A DNA stretch of 64,000 bases from an uncultured Ignavibacteriota bacterium (GTDB lineage: Bacteria; Bacteroidota; Ignavibacteria; UBA10030; UBA8401). The stretch lies in the NCBI GenBank assembly GCA_903884005.1, contig CAISDA010000006.1, forward strand, positions 145,644 to 209,643. The letters are read 5' to 3'. Numbering within the stretch: position 1 is the first letter of the stretch; the number at the start of each line of letters is the position of its first letter. The notes beneath the pieces were generated by a model, which was not told the origin of the DNA, did no database searches, and worked only from the letters and a program-made list of their open reading frames with translations. Shown here piece by piece: positions 8,974 to 19,094 of the stretch. The translations under genes were made by a program, and so were the position numbers.

Positions 8974-9705
8974 TTAAAAAGGATCGTCCTTCGTCAATTC
9001 CAGAAACACCGATTCGAGTTTTCCGTCGTACTTCAATTTTTCCTCATGCATCTCGGCCTTCGAACCGAGGAAGATCATTTTTCCGCGATGGATGATGCCG
9101 ACACGGTCGCAGAGTTCGTCCGCCATCTCAAGAATGTGCGTGGACATGAAGACCGAGGCGCCTTCGCGCGTTTTTTGTTTCAGCATGTCCTTCACGATGC
9201 GCGCGGAGCGCGGATCGAGACCGACCATCGGCTCGTCGATGATGATCGTCCCCGGATCGTGCACGAACGCGGCGGCGAATGTGACGCGCTGTCGCATTCC
9301 CTGCGAATACTCTTCGGTGCGCTGATCGATCCACGAGGCAAGTTCGAGCTGATCGATCACTTTTTCCACGGTGAGCTTCAGTGCCGCCTTGGGCAGTTCA
9401 TGGAGCGCGCCGATGTAGAACAGGAACTCCCTGCCTGTGAGCTTGTCGTAGAGAAACGGATGGTCGGGGATGTAGCCGAATGTCCGCTTGGCATCGATCG
9501 GCTCCTGCACGACGTCGAACCCGTTGATGAGGATCCTCCCGCGTGTGGGCGTGAACAATCCCGTCATCATCTTGATCGTCGTGGTCTTCCCCGCCCCGTT
9601 CGGACCGAGAAAGCCGAAAAATTCTCCGGACGGCACCGTCAGCGACAGGTCATCGACGGCGGCAAACGCGCCGAACTGTTTTGTGATATGGTCAAGGACG
9701 ATCAC
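8974..9705 (-). CDS. ABC transporter ATP-binding protein
   Basis: GPNGAGKTT, YSQGMRQR signature, IIDEP, and the STH switch motif. Confidence 0.95.
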   Translation of the reverse strand: MIVLDHITKQFGAFAAVDDLSLTVPSGEFFGFLGPNGAGKTTTIKMMTGLFTPTRGRILINGFDVVQEPIDAKRTFGYIPDHPFLYDKLTGREFLFYIGALHELPKAALKLTVEKVIDQLELASWIDQRTEEYSQGMRQRVTFAAAFVHDPGTIIIDEPMVGLDPRSARIVKDMLKQKTREGASVFMSTHILEMADELCDRVGIIHRGKMIFLGSKAEMHEEKLKYDGKLESVFLELTKDDPF

Positions 9706-9706
9706 G

Positions 9707-11248
9707 CTACTCCCATTCGATGGTTGCGGGCGGTTTCGAGCTGATATCGTACACCACGCGGTTCACGCCGCGGACCTCGTTGATGATGCGGCTCGAGACG
9801 TGCGCAAGAAATTCGTACGGCAGAGGAGCCCAGTCCGCCGTCATGCCGTCCACGCTCGTCACGGCGCGAAGCGCGATCGTGTTTTCATACGTCCGTTCGT
9901 CGCCCATCACGCCGACCGACTGCACCGGCAGAAGGACTGCGAACGCCTGCCACACGGAATGATAGAGGTTCTGTTTCCGCAGTTCGCCGATAAAGATCTC
10001 GTCCGCGCCGCGGACCACCTCGATCCGCTCCTTCGTCACGGCTCCCAGAATGCGTATCGCCAGCCCGGGGCCGGGGAACGGATGCCGGTCGATGAACGCG
10101 GCCGGCAGTCCGAGCATGCGCCCGACCTCGCGCACTTCGTCCTTGAAGAGTTCGCGGAACGGTTCGATCAATTTCAGGTTCATCGTCTCCGGAAGGCCTC
10201 CCACGTTGTGGTGGCTCTTGATCGTCGCCGACGGCCCCTTGAAGGATGTCGATTCGATCACATCGGGATAGAGCGTACCCTGCGCCAGGAACCGGACGCC
10301 GTCCGCCTTTGCCGCCTCGACTTCGAACAGGTCGATGAACGCCTTGCCGATGATCTTCCGTTTCTGTTCCGGGTCGCTCACACCGCTCAAGCGCTCCAGG
10401 AAAAGCTCTGTGCCGTCGACGACGTCCAGCTGGATCTTGTACTCGTCGCGGAACATCTTCACGACCTTCTCGCTTTCATTGCGGCGCATCACTCCGTTGT
10501 CGATGTGTATGCAGAACAGCTTGTCGCCGATCGCCTTCTGTAACAGTATCGCCGCCACCGACGAATCCACGCCGCCGCTCAGCGCGCACAGCACGCGCGC
10601 ATCTCCCACCTTCCGCCTGATATCGGCAATGGCCTGCCCGATGAACGACTCCGCGTTCCATTGGCCCGTGCAAGCGCACACGCCGAAGAGAAAATTGCGA
10701 AGGATCGTCTTTCCCTCAGCCGTATGGACGACCTCGGGGTGGAATTGCACGCCGTAAATATTTTTGTCCTCGTTGGCGACGGCGCAGATCGGCGCGTTCA
10801 CCGAATGGGCGATCGCCGTGAAACCCTTCGGCAGCGCCGTGAGCGAATCGCCGTGGCTCATCCAGACGCTCGTGGCCTGCGGCACATCCTGAAATAATTT
10901 TGTCGGGATGTCTATCTCGAGCGCCGCGCGCCCGTATTCGCGATGCGCCGCCTTCGAGACCTCGCCCCCGTTTTGAAGCGCCAGCAGCTGCAATCCGTAA
11001 CAGATGCCGAGCACCGGAACGCCGAGCGAAAAGAGTCCTGGGTCGGAAATCGGCGCGTCCGGTGCGTACACGCTGGACGGGCCTCCGGACAGAATGATCC
11101 CTTGCGGAGCGAATGCGCGAACGGCATCGAGTGCGAAAGTGAACGGATGGATCTCGCAGTAGACGTTGAGTTCCCGCACACGCCGTGCGATGAGCTGCGT
11201 ATATTGTGAGCCGTAATCGAGTATGAGGATGGATTCTGGATGCGTCAT
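9707..11248 (-). CDS. guaA: GMP synthase (glutamine-hydrolysing)
   Basis: [48 protein letters not shown]. Start moved to the ATG at 11248. Confidence 0.98.
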   Translation of the reverse strand: MTHPESILILDYGSQYTQLIARRVRELNVYCEIHPFTFALDAVRAFAPQGIILSGGPSSVYAPDAPISDPGLFSLGVPVLGICYGLQLLALQNGGEVSKAAHREYGRAALEIDIPTKLFQDVPQATSVWMSHGDSLTALPKGFTAIAHSVNAPICAVANEDKNIYGVQFHPEVVHTAEGKTILRNFLFGVCACTGQWNAESFIGQAIADIRRKVGDARVLCALSGGVDSSVAAILLQKAIGDKLFCIHIDNGVMRRNESEKVVKMFRDEYKIQLDVVDGTELFLERLSGVSDPEQKRKIIGKAFIDLFEVEAAKADGVRFLAQGTLYPDVIESTSFKGPSATIKSHHNVGGLPETMNLKLIEPFRELFKDEVREVGRMLGLPAAFIDRHPFPGPGLAIRILGAVTKERIEVVRGADEIFIGELRKQNLYHSVWQAFAVLLPVQSVGVMGDERTYENTIALRAVTSVDGMTADWAPLPYEFLAHVSSRIINEVRGVNRVVYDISSKPPATIEWE

Positions 11249-11395
11249 AGGATGTCTTTGCGGATGTGAAAATGAAATGCGTGTGGCCGTGTTCTCTGAA
11301 CTTAAAGATACGGCATTCATTCGGCTTATCCAAGAGCGTGAAAAAATGAACGTCATGCATTGTATTTATCACAAATTCTGGCGTTATTTAAAGTT

Positions 11396-11869
11396 ATGAG
11401 AACAAACAGGACCGAAGCCGAACAGAAGATCGTCATCTCCAACCGGAAGGCGCGCCACGACTACGAGGTGCTCGATTCGTACGAGACAGGCATCGTCTTA
11501 AAAGGCTCGGAAGTAAAGTCGCTGCGTCTGGCCAATGCGAACCTGCAGGACAGTTATGCCTCGATCCGCGCCGGCGAGGTGTGGCTTGAAGGAATGCACA
11601 TCAACACGTACGAACAGGCAAACCAGTTCAACCACGATCCGGTCAGAGCGCGCAGACTGCTCCTTCACAAAAAAGAAATACGGAAGCTCTTCGTGAAAAC
11701 AGCCGAACGCGGACTGACACTGGTGCCGCTCAAGGTCTATTTTTCGAATGGCAAGGCGAAGGTCGAGCTCGGCCTCTGCCGCGGCAAAAAAAGTTATGAC
11801 AAGCGCGAAACGCTGGCCAAGCGCGACCACGACATGGACATGCAGCGGGCCCGCCGGGAACGCGGATAG
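11396..11869 (+). CDS. smpB: SsrA-binding protein
   Basis: NRKARHDY, GIVLKGSEVKS, RLLLHKKEI, GKKSYDKRE. Confidence 0.98.
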   Translation: MRTNRTEAEQKIVISNRKARHDYEVLDSYETGIVLKGSEVKSLRLANANLQDSYASIRAGEVWLEGMHINTYEQANQFNHDPVRARRLLLHKKEIRKLFVKTAERGLTLVPLKVYFSNGKAKVELGLCRGKKSYDKRETLAKRDHDMDMQRARRERG

Positions 11870-11914
11870 ACACTGTCCGTGCACACCTATTCATTCATTT
11901 AGCTCTTAACCATC

Positions 11915-13129
11915 GTGTTTCCACCACTGAACGAACAAATGGACGTGATACGCCGCGGAACCTCCGAGATCATTCCCGAAGAAGACCTTGCGCGAAAAAT
12001 TGAAAAAGCCGTCCGCACGAACATTCCCATGAATGTGAAGCTGGGCTGCGATCCGAGCCGCCCCGATCTCCATCTCGGGCACTCGGTCGTGCTGCGGAAG
12101 CTGCGGCAATTCCAGGATCTGGGACACCAGGCGATACTCATTGTCGGCGATTTCACCGGCATGATCGGCGACCCGTCGGGAAAAAGCAAGACGCGGCCCT
12201 CACTCACGCTCGAGGACACGCGGAAGAACGGACAAAGCTACTTCGAGCAGGCGGTCACGATCCTCGATGCGGCGAAGATCCGTATGGTCTACAATTCGGA
12301 ATGGCTCGGCGCCATGAGCTTCGCCGACGTGATCAAGCTTGCGAGCAAGTACACCGTGGCGCGCATGCTCGAGAGGGATGATTTCACGAACCGCTACAGG
12401 GCTGGAGAACCCATCTCTGTACATGAGTTCCTCTACCCCCTGGCGCAGGCGATGGATTCGGTCGCGATCAATTCGGACGTGGAACTCGGCGGCACCGATC
12501 AGAAATTCAATCTGCTCGTCGGCCGCGACATCCAGCGCGAATTCGGCAAAGAGCCGCAGGTGATCCTGACCATGCCCATCCTGCCCGGCACAGACGGCGT
12601 AGAGAAGATGAGCAAGTCGCTCGACAATTATATCGGCATCAGCGATTCACCGAAGGATATCTACGGTAAAACCCTGTCCATCCCCGATAAACTCATCTAC
12701 GACTATTTTGTGCTTGCCACGAGCATCCCGAACGACGAACTTACAGAGATCAAGCAACGGCTCGCAGATCCGACGGTGAACCCCCGGGATATCAAACGCC
12801 GGCTCGCACGCACACTCGTCGGCATGTACCACACTCAAGAAATCGCACAACATGCCGAAAATGAATTTGATACCATCTTCATAAAAAAAGACGTCCCTGA
12901 CGATATCCCAGAGATACAACTGGCAAGAACGGACGGGGTGAACATTGTGCAGCTCATTGTGGATACCGCGCTGGCCGAGAGCAAGAGCGAAGCCCGGCGC
13001 TTGGTGGAACAGGGCGGCGTGAGCGTGAACGGCGACAAGATCGCCGATCCCAAGGCGCTGGTCCCGATTCTGGACACAACAATTTTAAAAGTGGGAAAAC
13101 GAAAATTTTTGAAGATTATTCCGATTTAA
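11915..13129 (+). CDS. tyrS: Tyrosine--tRNA ligase
   Basis: HLGH, GGTDQKFN, KMSKS, and a C-terminal S4-like domain. Confidence 0.98.
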   Translation: MFPPLNEQMDVIRRGTSEIIPEEDLARKIEKAVRTNIPMNVKLGCDPSRPDLHLGHSVVLRKLRQFQDLGHQAILIVGDFTGMIGDPSGKSKTRPSLTLEDTRKNGQSYFEQAVTILDAAKIRMVYNSEWLGAMSFADVIKLASKYTVARMLERDDFTNRYRAGEPISVHEFLYPLAQAMDSVAINSDVELGGTDQKFNLLVGRDIQREFGKEPQVILTMPILPGTDGVEKMSKSLDNYIGISDSPKDIYGKTLSIPDKLIYDYFVLATSIPNDELTEIKQRLADPTVNPRDIKRRLARTLVGMYHTQEIAQHAENEFDTIFIKKDVPDDIPEIQLARTDGVNIVQLIVDTALAESKSEARRLVEQGGVSVNGDKIADPKALVPILDTTILKVGKRKFLKIIPI

Positions 13130-13235
13130 TTATTTATCTTATAGACTGTAATTTCAGCATGATGTTATTCACCGCAGCGTGGAGAAGAAAACTCCAATCC
13201 TGCATTGTTCGCAACCCTAAATTGGAGATGAGAGA

Positions 13236-13781
13236 TTGTTCGTTCCAACTAAAATATTTTTCACCAAAGGCGTCGGTCGGCACAAGGACTATTTGCAGTC
13301 GTTCGAACTAGCGCTTCGCGGCGCGGGAATCGAAAAATGCAATCTGGTCACTGTCTCGAGCATCTATCCACCGAAATGCAAACGAGTTTCGCAAACGGAA
13401 GGATTGAAGGCGCTCGAACCCGGTCAAATCACGTTCTGCGTCATGGCGCGCAATGCGACCAATGAACCGAACCGTTTGATCGCCTCATCCATCGGCTGCG
13501 CGCAGGCCGCCGACGAATCGCAGTATGGCTACCTGTCCGAGCATCATCCGTTCGGTGAAACAGAGGAAAAATGCGGCGACTATGCCGAAGACCTCGCGGC
13601 TACAATGCTTGCAACGACGCTCGGCATCGAATTCGATCCGAATGTTGCGTGGGATGAACGTGAATTGCATTTCAAGTTGAGCGGGAAAATTTTGAAGACG
13701 TATAACGTAACGCAGTCTGCTGAAGGCGACAAGGATGGGAAATGGACCACCACTGTTGCCGTGGCTGTACTGCTGCCGTAA
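13236..13781 (+). CDS. pdaD: Pyruvoyl-dependent arginine decarboxylase
   Basis: [15 protein letters not shown] (Ser-Ser self-cleavage site), [19 protein letters not shown] start after GGAG. Confidence 0.92.
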   Translation: MFVPTKIFFTKGVGRHKDYLQSFELALRGAGIEKCNLVTVSSIYPPKCKRVSQTEGLKALEPGQITFCVMARNATNEPNRLIASSIGCAQAADESQYGYLSEHHPFGETEEKCGDYAEDLAATMLATTLGIEFDPNVAWDERELHFKLSGKILKTYNVTQSAEGDKDGKWTTTVAVAVLLP

Positions 13782-13807
13782 AGAAATGATGCACTCCGCA
13801 CCACACC

Positions 13808-13838
13808 AAGGCTCCCTGACGCAGGGAGCCTTTTTTTT
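13808..13838 (+). terminator. Rho-independent terminator after pdaD
   Basis: AAGGCTCCCTG-ACG-CAGGGAGCC followed by T8. Confidence 0.9.
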
Positions 13839-13869
13839 GTACAGCCGTAGACGTTAAAGCGGGCGAGCA

Positions 13870-14616
13870 TTAAAACACTACGTGTATGTTCGCAGAGAGT
13901 CCCTGAGGCAGGGGCATGACGATGACGGAACTTTCAGAGTCCGGTGTTCGGCCGGTCACCGAGTCGAACACATCGACGATTGTGCCCCGCAGCGCGTATG
14001 TGAGGAATGAACTGCCGGCGCCTAGCACCGCCCCGCCGAGCGCATCAGACGGATAATGAAGTCCGTTGTAGACGCGGCCGTAGCCGACCATGCCGGCCCA
14101 GATGAACGCCGGCACATACACATACGGCCTGGGATAGCGGAGCGTGAGCAGTGTGGCGAGCGCAAACGCCCCTGCCGTGTGGCCTGAAGGAAACGAGTAC
14201 GGGTCGGCGGATTCGATATCATTCACCGTGACCCCGGAGAGTACTTCATACGGCCTCGCCCGCTTCACCGTGGATTTAATGACATACTTGGCTCCGTACG
14301 TGAGCACTTCGGATGCAGACAGAAGCAACCCTGTAGTAACAACATCGTTGTTCTTAGCAGCCAGGCCGTAGACAAGGCACCCTAACGGCAGACCCACGAC
14401 GATTACGGCAACGGAATTGTCGGTGATACCGAACAGCGACGTCTTGAAAGAGGTCTGCGCGTCGTTCACGCTCCGGAACAATTTCGTATCCGGACCGTCG
14501 GACTCTTGCTGAGGGCTGTCCGCCCTTACCGTGGAGGTTGAAAAGGAGATACATAAAAATGCCGCCAGCACTCCTGTGAGTCGCTGGCGGCATATGAAAG
14601 AGAGGAATGGTGCCAT
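13870..14616 (-). CDS. PAP2-family phosphatase
   Basis: Intact motifs KSTVKRARP, FPSGH and GRVYNGLHYPSD. Signal-like N-terminus. Confidence 0.9.
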   Translation of the reverse strand: MAPFLSFICRQRLTGVLAAFLCISFSTSTVRADSPQQESDGPDTKLFRSVNDAQTSFKTSLFGITDNSVAVIVVGLPLGCLVYGLAAKNNDVVTTGLLLSASEVLTYGAKYVIKSTVKRARPYEVLSGVTVNDIESADPYSFPSGHTAGAFALATLLTLRYPRPYVYVPAFIWAGMVGYGRVYNGLHYPSDALGGAVLGAGSSFLTYALRGTIVDVFDSVTGRTPDSESSVIVMPLPQGLSANIHVVF

Positions 14617-14618
14617 GG

Positions 14619-15341
14619 TTACGCCCGTTTGGGAAGAAATTTTCGATATTCGTTGTAACTTTTCATGACACCGTCGACGTATTGCACTGTTTGTTTCCAG
14701 TCCCGGAAATAACCGGCGGGAGGCCGCGGAGTCTCCCACACATGACTGTGCAGTGTCGTATATTTTTTAGACAAGAGCGACAATGCGTTTCTGACGCATC
14801 GCCATTGATTCGGGTCATCGTTCACATATTCCGCCATTGCCTGGGCATCCAAGACCCTTCCAAGTCCGGCATTATATGCCGCAAGCGTCATGCTGATGCG
14901 GTCTTCTTCTGATACCTGTTCCGCGTCGAACGACTTATAGATTTTTGAGAGATAGTAAATGCCGCCGCGTATATTTTCATGCGGACGGTCAAAATGAGCG
15001 CTATCGACGCCCCATTCATTCGCAATTTGCGATTGCGTTGTCGGTGTGATCTGCATCAGCCCTTCAGCGCCTTTGTCGCTTGTGGCCGAAGTATCGAAGC
15101 GTGATTCCTGATTGATCACCGCCATCACCAGGCGCCAGTCGAGGCCGTACTGGTCTGAATACTTGCGAATCACACCGCCATAGCGTTGAACCATGAGCCT
15201 GGAGTGGCTCGTGAGCGGCACTGTCTCGGAAATGAAGCTTCCCTCGACAGCCGGGGCGGTGCCTATGATCATGCGCCCTTCAAAACAGCCAAAAACAACT
15301 ACCGGTAAAAACAAGACACAATTAAAGAGTACCTTACCCAT
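14619..15341 (-). CDS. SLT-domain lytic transglycosylase (MltF catalytic-domain-like)
   Basis: QESRF, GAEGLMQI, AAYNAGLG. SD AAGGAGGAG. Confidence 0.92.
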   Translation of the reverse strand: MGKVLFNCVLFLPVVVFGCFEGRMIIGTAPAVEGSFISETVPLTSHSRLMVQRYGGVIRKYSDQYGLDWRLVMAVINQESRFDTSATSDKGAEGLMQITPTTQSQIANEWGVDSAHFDRPHENIRGGIYYLSKIYKSFDAEQVSEEDRISMTLAAYNAGLGRVLDAQAMAEYVNDDPNQWRCVRNALSLLSKKYTTLHSHVWETPRPPAGYFRDWKQTVQYVDGVMKSYNEYRKFLPKRA

Positions 15342-15477
15342 TTCTCCTCCTTCGATATATGTAACATCCCTCCGTCTCTGTTCCGGAAAGTTCGGTCAGA
15401 CTGCGCATGAACGAGAGAGGAAGACTGATTAAACGACAAAGCCAAAACGAATTTTTTTTATCGTTCTGGCCTGTATT

Positions 15478-15506
15478 AAAATACATATATTCACCGTTAG
15501 TGTCAA
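15478..15506 (-). promoter_or_regulatory. sigma70 promoter upstream of the SLT gene
   Basis: TTGACA-17 nt-TATTTT. Confidence 0.65.
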
Positions 15507-15571
15507 GCCCTTGGAAACTCGCTACGGTCTGCGAGTTTCCATTCCGGTTTCGATCCGTCGGCCACTCCCTC

Positions 15572-18500
15572 TCATACCTCCTTTTGGCTAGGGAACCGAA
15601 TAATGAACTTAGTTCCGTTATTGGAATCGAGCTCTATCGTCCCTTTCATCTGGCGCACCAGTGTGGTGATCAGCGTCATACCCATCGTCTCAGCCGTTCG
15701 GAAGTCGAGCTTCGGGGGGAATCCGATGCCGGTATCTCCGACGATCACTTCATACTCCAGGCTCGGGAGAATGCGAACCTCAATGAACACCATTCCATGC
15801 GCTCCATCGGGGAACGCATACTTCAGCGAATTCGAGATCAACTCGTTGATGATGAGGCCGCAGGGTATTGCCGTATCCACGCCGAATTTGACTTTTTCCG
15901 CACTGATCTGCAGCGACGCATTGCCGTTATTGTACGCATGGAACAATTGTGTGGCGACGCCACGTATATAATCGCCGAATTCGATGTCCGCCAGGTTCTT
16001 CGATTGATAGAGCTTCTCGTGAATACGCGCGATGGTGATCACCCGGTTCTTCGCCTCATGAAGCAGATCCCGGTCGTTTACATTCGCGACCACGTCCGAC
16101 TGCAGGCTGAGCAGGCTTGCAACCACATTCAGGTTGTTCTTCACGCGGTGATGGATCTCTTTCAGGAGTATCTCCTTTTCTTCCAACGCCTCCTGCAGCA
16201 GGCCCTCTGCCCTGTGCCGTTCGACGATCTCATCTTTCAGTTCCCTGTTTGCCGATTCGACCTGATTGCTCCGCTGCCGGACGATTTCCTGATGGCGAAG
16301 GATCTCATCATTCGCCTCTTTCAATGTAATGTTTTTCTGCCTCACGAGTTCGGCTTCACGGAGCTGCTGTTCATGGATCAGCTTTTTACGCTGGCGCTTT
16401 TCCACATACTTCATGCTTCCCGCATATATTCCCATGAAACAGATCGCATACAACAGATATGCCCACCACGTCCGCCAAAATGGAGGTTTAATGGTGATGG
16501 ACAGCGACGCGCCCAGTGTATTCCAGATATGGTCGTTATTCGATCCCAGAACCCTGAATACGTACTTGCCCGGAGCAAGGTTCGTATACGACGCTTTACG
16601 CGCCGTGCTCGCCGAACTCCATTCCTTGTCGAATCCTTCGAGCATGTACTTATACTGGTTCAGTTCCGATCTGCGGTAATTCAATGCGACGAAGTCGAAG
16701 GACAACGAATTCTCATCATACGGAAGGACGACCTGTTTTTTCATCGTCATCGCAGTATCGGCATGCATCGGCTTGTTGAATATACTCACAGAGGTGATAT
16801 ACACGGCCGGCCGGTGCACATTCTCATGGATTTTTTCAGGCTGAAACACGTTGAAGCCGTTATTGCCGCCGAACAATATTGTTCCGTCCGTATCCTTGAA
16901 ACTGCAGTTGAGATTGAATTCTTCGCCCTGCAAACCCGCGTTGGAATTGAAATTGTGAAATGTACCCGATGCAGGATCGAAGCGGGAGATGCCGCTGTTT
17001 GTCGTGATCCAGATATTGTTTCTCTTATCAACCTGAAGTCCAAAAATAGTATTATTGATCAATCCGTCGGCTTCCGTGAAGAGCGTGAATGTTCCCGTCC
17101 TCGGATCAAATTTATTGAGTCCGCCTCCATACGTTCCAATCCACAGATTTCCACTGCCGTCCTCGGTGATCGGTGCCGCCATATTATGGCTGATGCTGGT
17201 GCTATCCTTCGGATTGTGGAAATAGGATGTAAATGTGCCGGCGGCCTTGTCGAATTTGCAGATGCCTCCGCCGTATGTCCCGATCCACAACGTCCCCGTG
17301 TGGTCCTGGAACAGGGAACGGATATTATTGTTGCTCAATGTTGTCAGGTCGGCAGGATCGCTCATATAGTGTGTGAATCGATTGGTCCGGCGGTCGAACC
17401 TATTCAGTCCGTTCATAGTCCCGATCCACAGGATCCCGTCTGTGTCTTCCACGATCGACCTGATATTCGAGTGGCTGATCGCGCTAGGATTTTTGAGATC
17501 CGACACATAGCGCGTGAACCGTTTGGTCTTCCGGTCGAAACGGTTCAGCCCATTTCGCGTCCCAATCCAGAACGCCTCCTTCGAATCCTTTGCTATCACG
17601 TTGACATAGTTGTCGCTCAGGCTCGTCTTGTCATCTGGAATATTCACAAACCGTTCACACGCGTTCGATGTGGGATCAAAAATGTCCAAGCCTTTCGCCG
17701 TCCCTACCCAAATATTCCCTTTTTGTTCCCTGTACAACGAACGTATATTGTTGTTGGAAAAAAGCGAGGGCTTCGGATATTCGTTGCGGTATGTCCGGAA
17801 GTGTTCCTCCTCCGGATCATATTTGCTGACGCCCGAGGCATACGTCCCGATCCATTCATTGGCCATCTCGTCGCGATACACTGTCAGGATCCTATCATCG
17901 GCGAGACTTGTCGGATCCTGCACATCGTGTCTTATGACCGTGGTCATGCCCGTTTCCGGGTCTAAATATTTTAAGCCTTCCCCCCATGTGCCATACATGA
18001 TCTTCCCCGACTGCGTCTCGGAAATAGTCATCACCGAATGGGAATCATACCCCTCGCTCAGTGTGGGCGTAACTGCGGTAGACATATCCCATATGCCCGT
18101 CGTGCGGTTGAGAGAAATGATTCCGCGTATAAATGTTCCGACCCATAACCGGCCCTTGGCATCCTCATAGATCGACAGCACCGATTCCTGCAGGGGGTGT
18201 GCATTGGAGAACGTGGAAAAACGATAGCGGGTAAATGTTCCCGATGAGGCATCGAACCGGTTGAGGCCGCCGCTCCCGGTTCCTATCCACAGCACTCCCG
18301 CTTTGTCGATGTACTGCGAGTTAATGTCACTGGAACTGAGGCTCTTTTCATTGAGCGGGTCGTGCAGGAAGCGGCGGAACGATTTGGTTTCCGGTAAAAA
18401 TTTGTTGAGGCCGTTTTTGCGTGTCCCGATCCACATGGCGCCGGAACTGTCTTCGGTGATTGCCGAGATGTCGTTTGCACTGATAGTGGCCGGGTCATCG

Positions 18501-18877
18501 GGATTTGCACTGTAGACATGGAGCGTTCCTGTCACGGGATCCAGGACGTTCAATCCGTTGGATGTCCCTATCCATAACAGCCCCGCCCGGTCCTGGTGCA
18601 CTGCGCGGATGACGTTATTGGAGATCGATGCCGTATCATCCTTGCGGTGGCGGAAGACGGTGAATGTGTATCCGTCATATCTGCTCAGTCCGTCGTCTGT
18701 GCCGAACCAGAAAAATCCCTGGCGGTCGCGTGTGATGCACCACACGGAGTTGTGCGAAAGTCCGTTTGCAACCGAGAGATTTAAAAATTTCGGGGATTGG
18801 TCGGCCTGAAGCGATTCAACGCAGAGAAATGCAATAACCGCAATACAGAAAATTTTTACGACAGGCGCTCTGTGCAT
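15572..18877 (-). CDS. Sensor histidine kinase with beta-propeller repeats, a Y_Y_Y domain, a TM helix and a HisKA_2-type kinase core
   Basis: Repeated LWIGT..GL units, YTNLAPGKYVF, PPFWRTWW, EIHHRVKNNL, NELISNSLKYAF, DTGIG. Confidence 0.93.
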   Translation of the reverse strand: MHRAPVVKIFCIAVIAFLCVESLQADQSPKFLNLSVANGLSHNSVWCITRDRQGFFWFGTDDGLSRYDGYTFTVFRHRKDDTASISNNVIRAVHQDRAGLLWIGTSNGLNVLDPVTGTLHVYSANPDDPATISANDISAITEDSSGAMWIGTRKNGLNKFLPETKSFRRFLHDPLNEKSLSSSDINSQYIDKAGVLWIGTGSGGLNRFDASSGTFTRYRFSTFSNAHPLQESVLSIYEDAKGRLWVGTFIRGIISLNRTTGIWDMSTAVTPTLSEGYDSHSVMTISETQSGKIMYGTWGEGLKYLDPETGMTTVIRHDVQDPTSLADDRILTVYRDEMANEWIGTYASGVSKYDPEEEHFRTYRNEYPKPSLFSNNNIRSLYREQKGNIWVGTAKGLDIFDPTSNACERFVNIPDDKTSLSDNYVNVIAKDSKEAFWIGTRNGLNRFDRKTKRFTRYVSDLKNPSAISHSNIRSIVEDTDGILWIGTMNGLNRFDRRTNRFTHYMSDPADLTTLSNNNIRSLFQDHTGTLWIGTYGGGICKFDKAAGTFTSYFHNPKDSTSISHNMAAPITEDGSGNLWIGTYGGGLNKFDPRTGTFTLFTEADGLINNTIFGLQVDKRNNIWITTNSGISRFDPASGTFHNFNSNAGLQGEEFNLNCSFKDTDGTILFGGNNGFNVFQPEKIHENVHRPAVYITSVSIFNKPMHADTAMTMKKQVVLPYDENSLSFDFVALNYRRSELNQYKYMLEGFDKEWSSASTARKASYTNLAPGKYVFRVLGSNNDHIWNTLGASLSITIKPPFWRTWWAYLLYAICFMGIYAGSMKYVEKRQRKKLIHEQQLREAELVRQKNITLKEANDEILRHQEIVRQRSNQVESANRELKDEIVERHRAEGLLQEALEEKEILLKEIHHRVKNNLNVVASLLSLQSDVVANVNDRDLLHEAKNRVITIARIHEKLYQSKNLADIEFGDYIRGVATQLFHAYNNGNASLQISAEKVKFGVDTAIPCGLIINELISNSLKYAFPDGAHGMVFIEVRILPSLEYEVIVGDTGIGFPPKLDFRTAETMGMTLITTLVRQMKGTIELDSNNGTKFIIRFPSQKEV

Positions 18878-19094
18878 GGAAACGTTCTATTATATGAGTT
18901 AGCGATGTGGAAACTATTTCATAGCGCTTACACAGCAGCCCCATCCCAGGGGATACAAATATAACGGAAAGATAGATGGAATGCCACAGCGGTGCGGATA
19001 AATCATATGCGGATAACACATGTGTTCGGGGACGTGTGTGCGCATATTCGCGGGAAATAGTATGGTCAACGACGCGTGCGGCGCGCGAGGGGAA

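Noticed and set aside
8830-10543. 304-aa and 351-aa plus-strand ORFs (similar ones at 20993, 38667, 44038, 47698, 50477, 60685)
   Set aside because: All mirror conserved minus-strand genes and lack family motifs.
11360-11398. Possible leaderless smpB promoter (TTGTAT...TATTTA just before the ATG)
   Set aside because: The spacer is 19 nt and the -10 match is weak, so it cannot be supported without TSS data.
11249-13235. tmRNA or tRNA near smpB and tyrS
   Set aside because: The intergenic gaps are too short and show no tRNA-like arms.
15407-17965. 852-aa plus-strand ORF
   Set aside because: It is antisense to the well-supported histidine kinase and has no recognisable motifs. This is the typical shadow ORF of GC-rich coding DNA.
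16900-18800. Periodic repeats inside the kinase gene
   Set aside because: They are explained by beta-propeller blade repeats.
18993-19016. Two TTATCCGCA 9-mers (minus strand, 15 nt apart) resembling DnaA boxes
   Set aside because: Both are mismatched, there are only two, and there is no unwinding element or dnaA context. They could be a transcription-factor site but this is unsupported.
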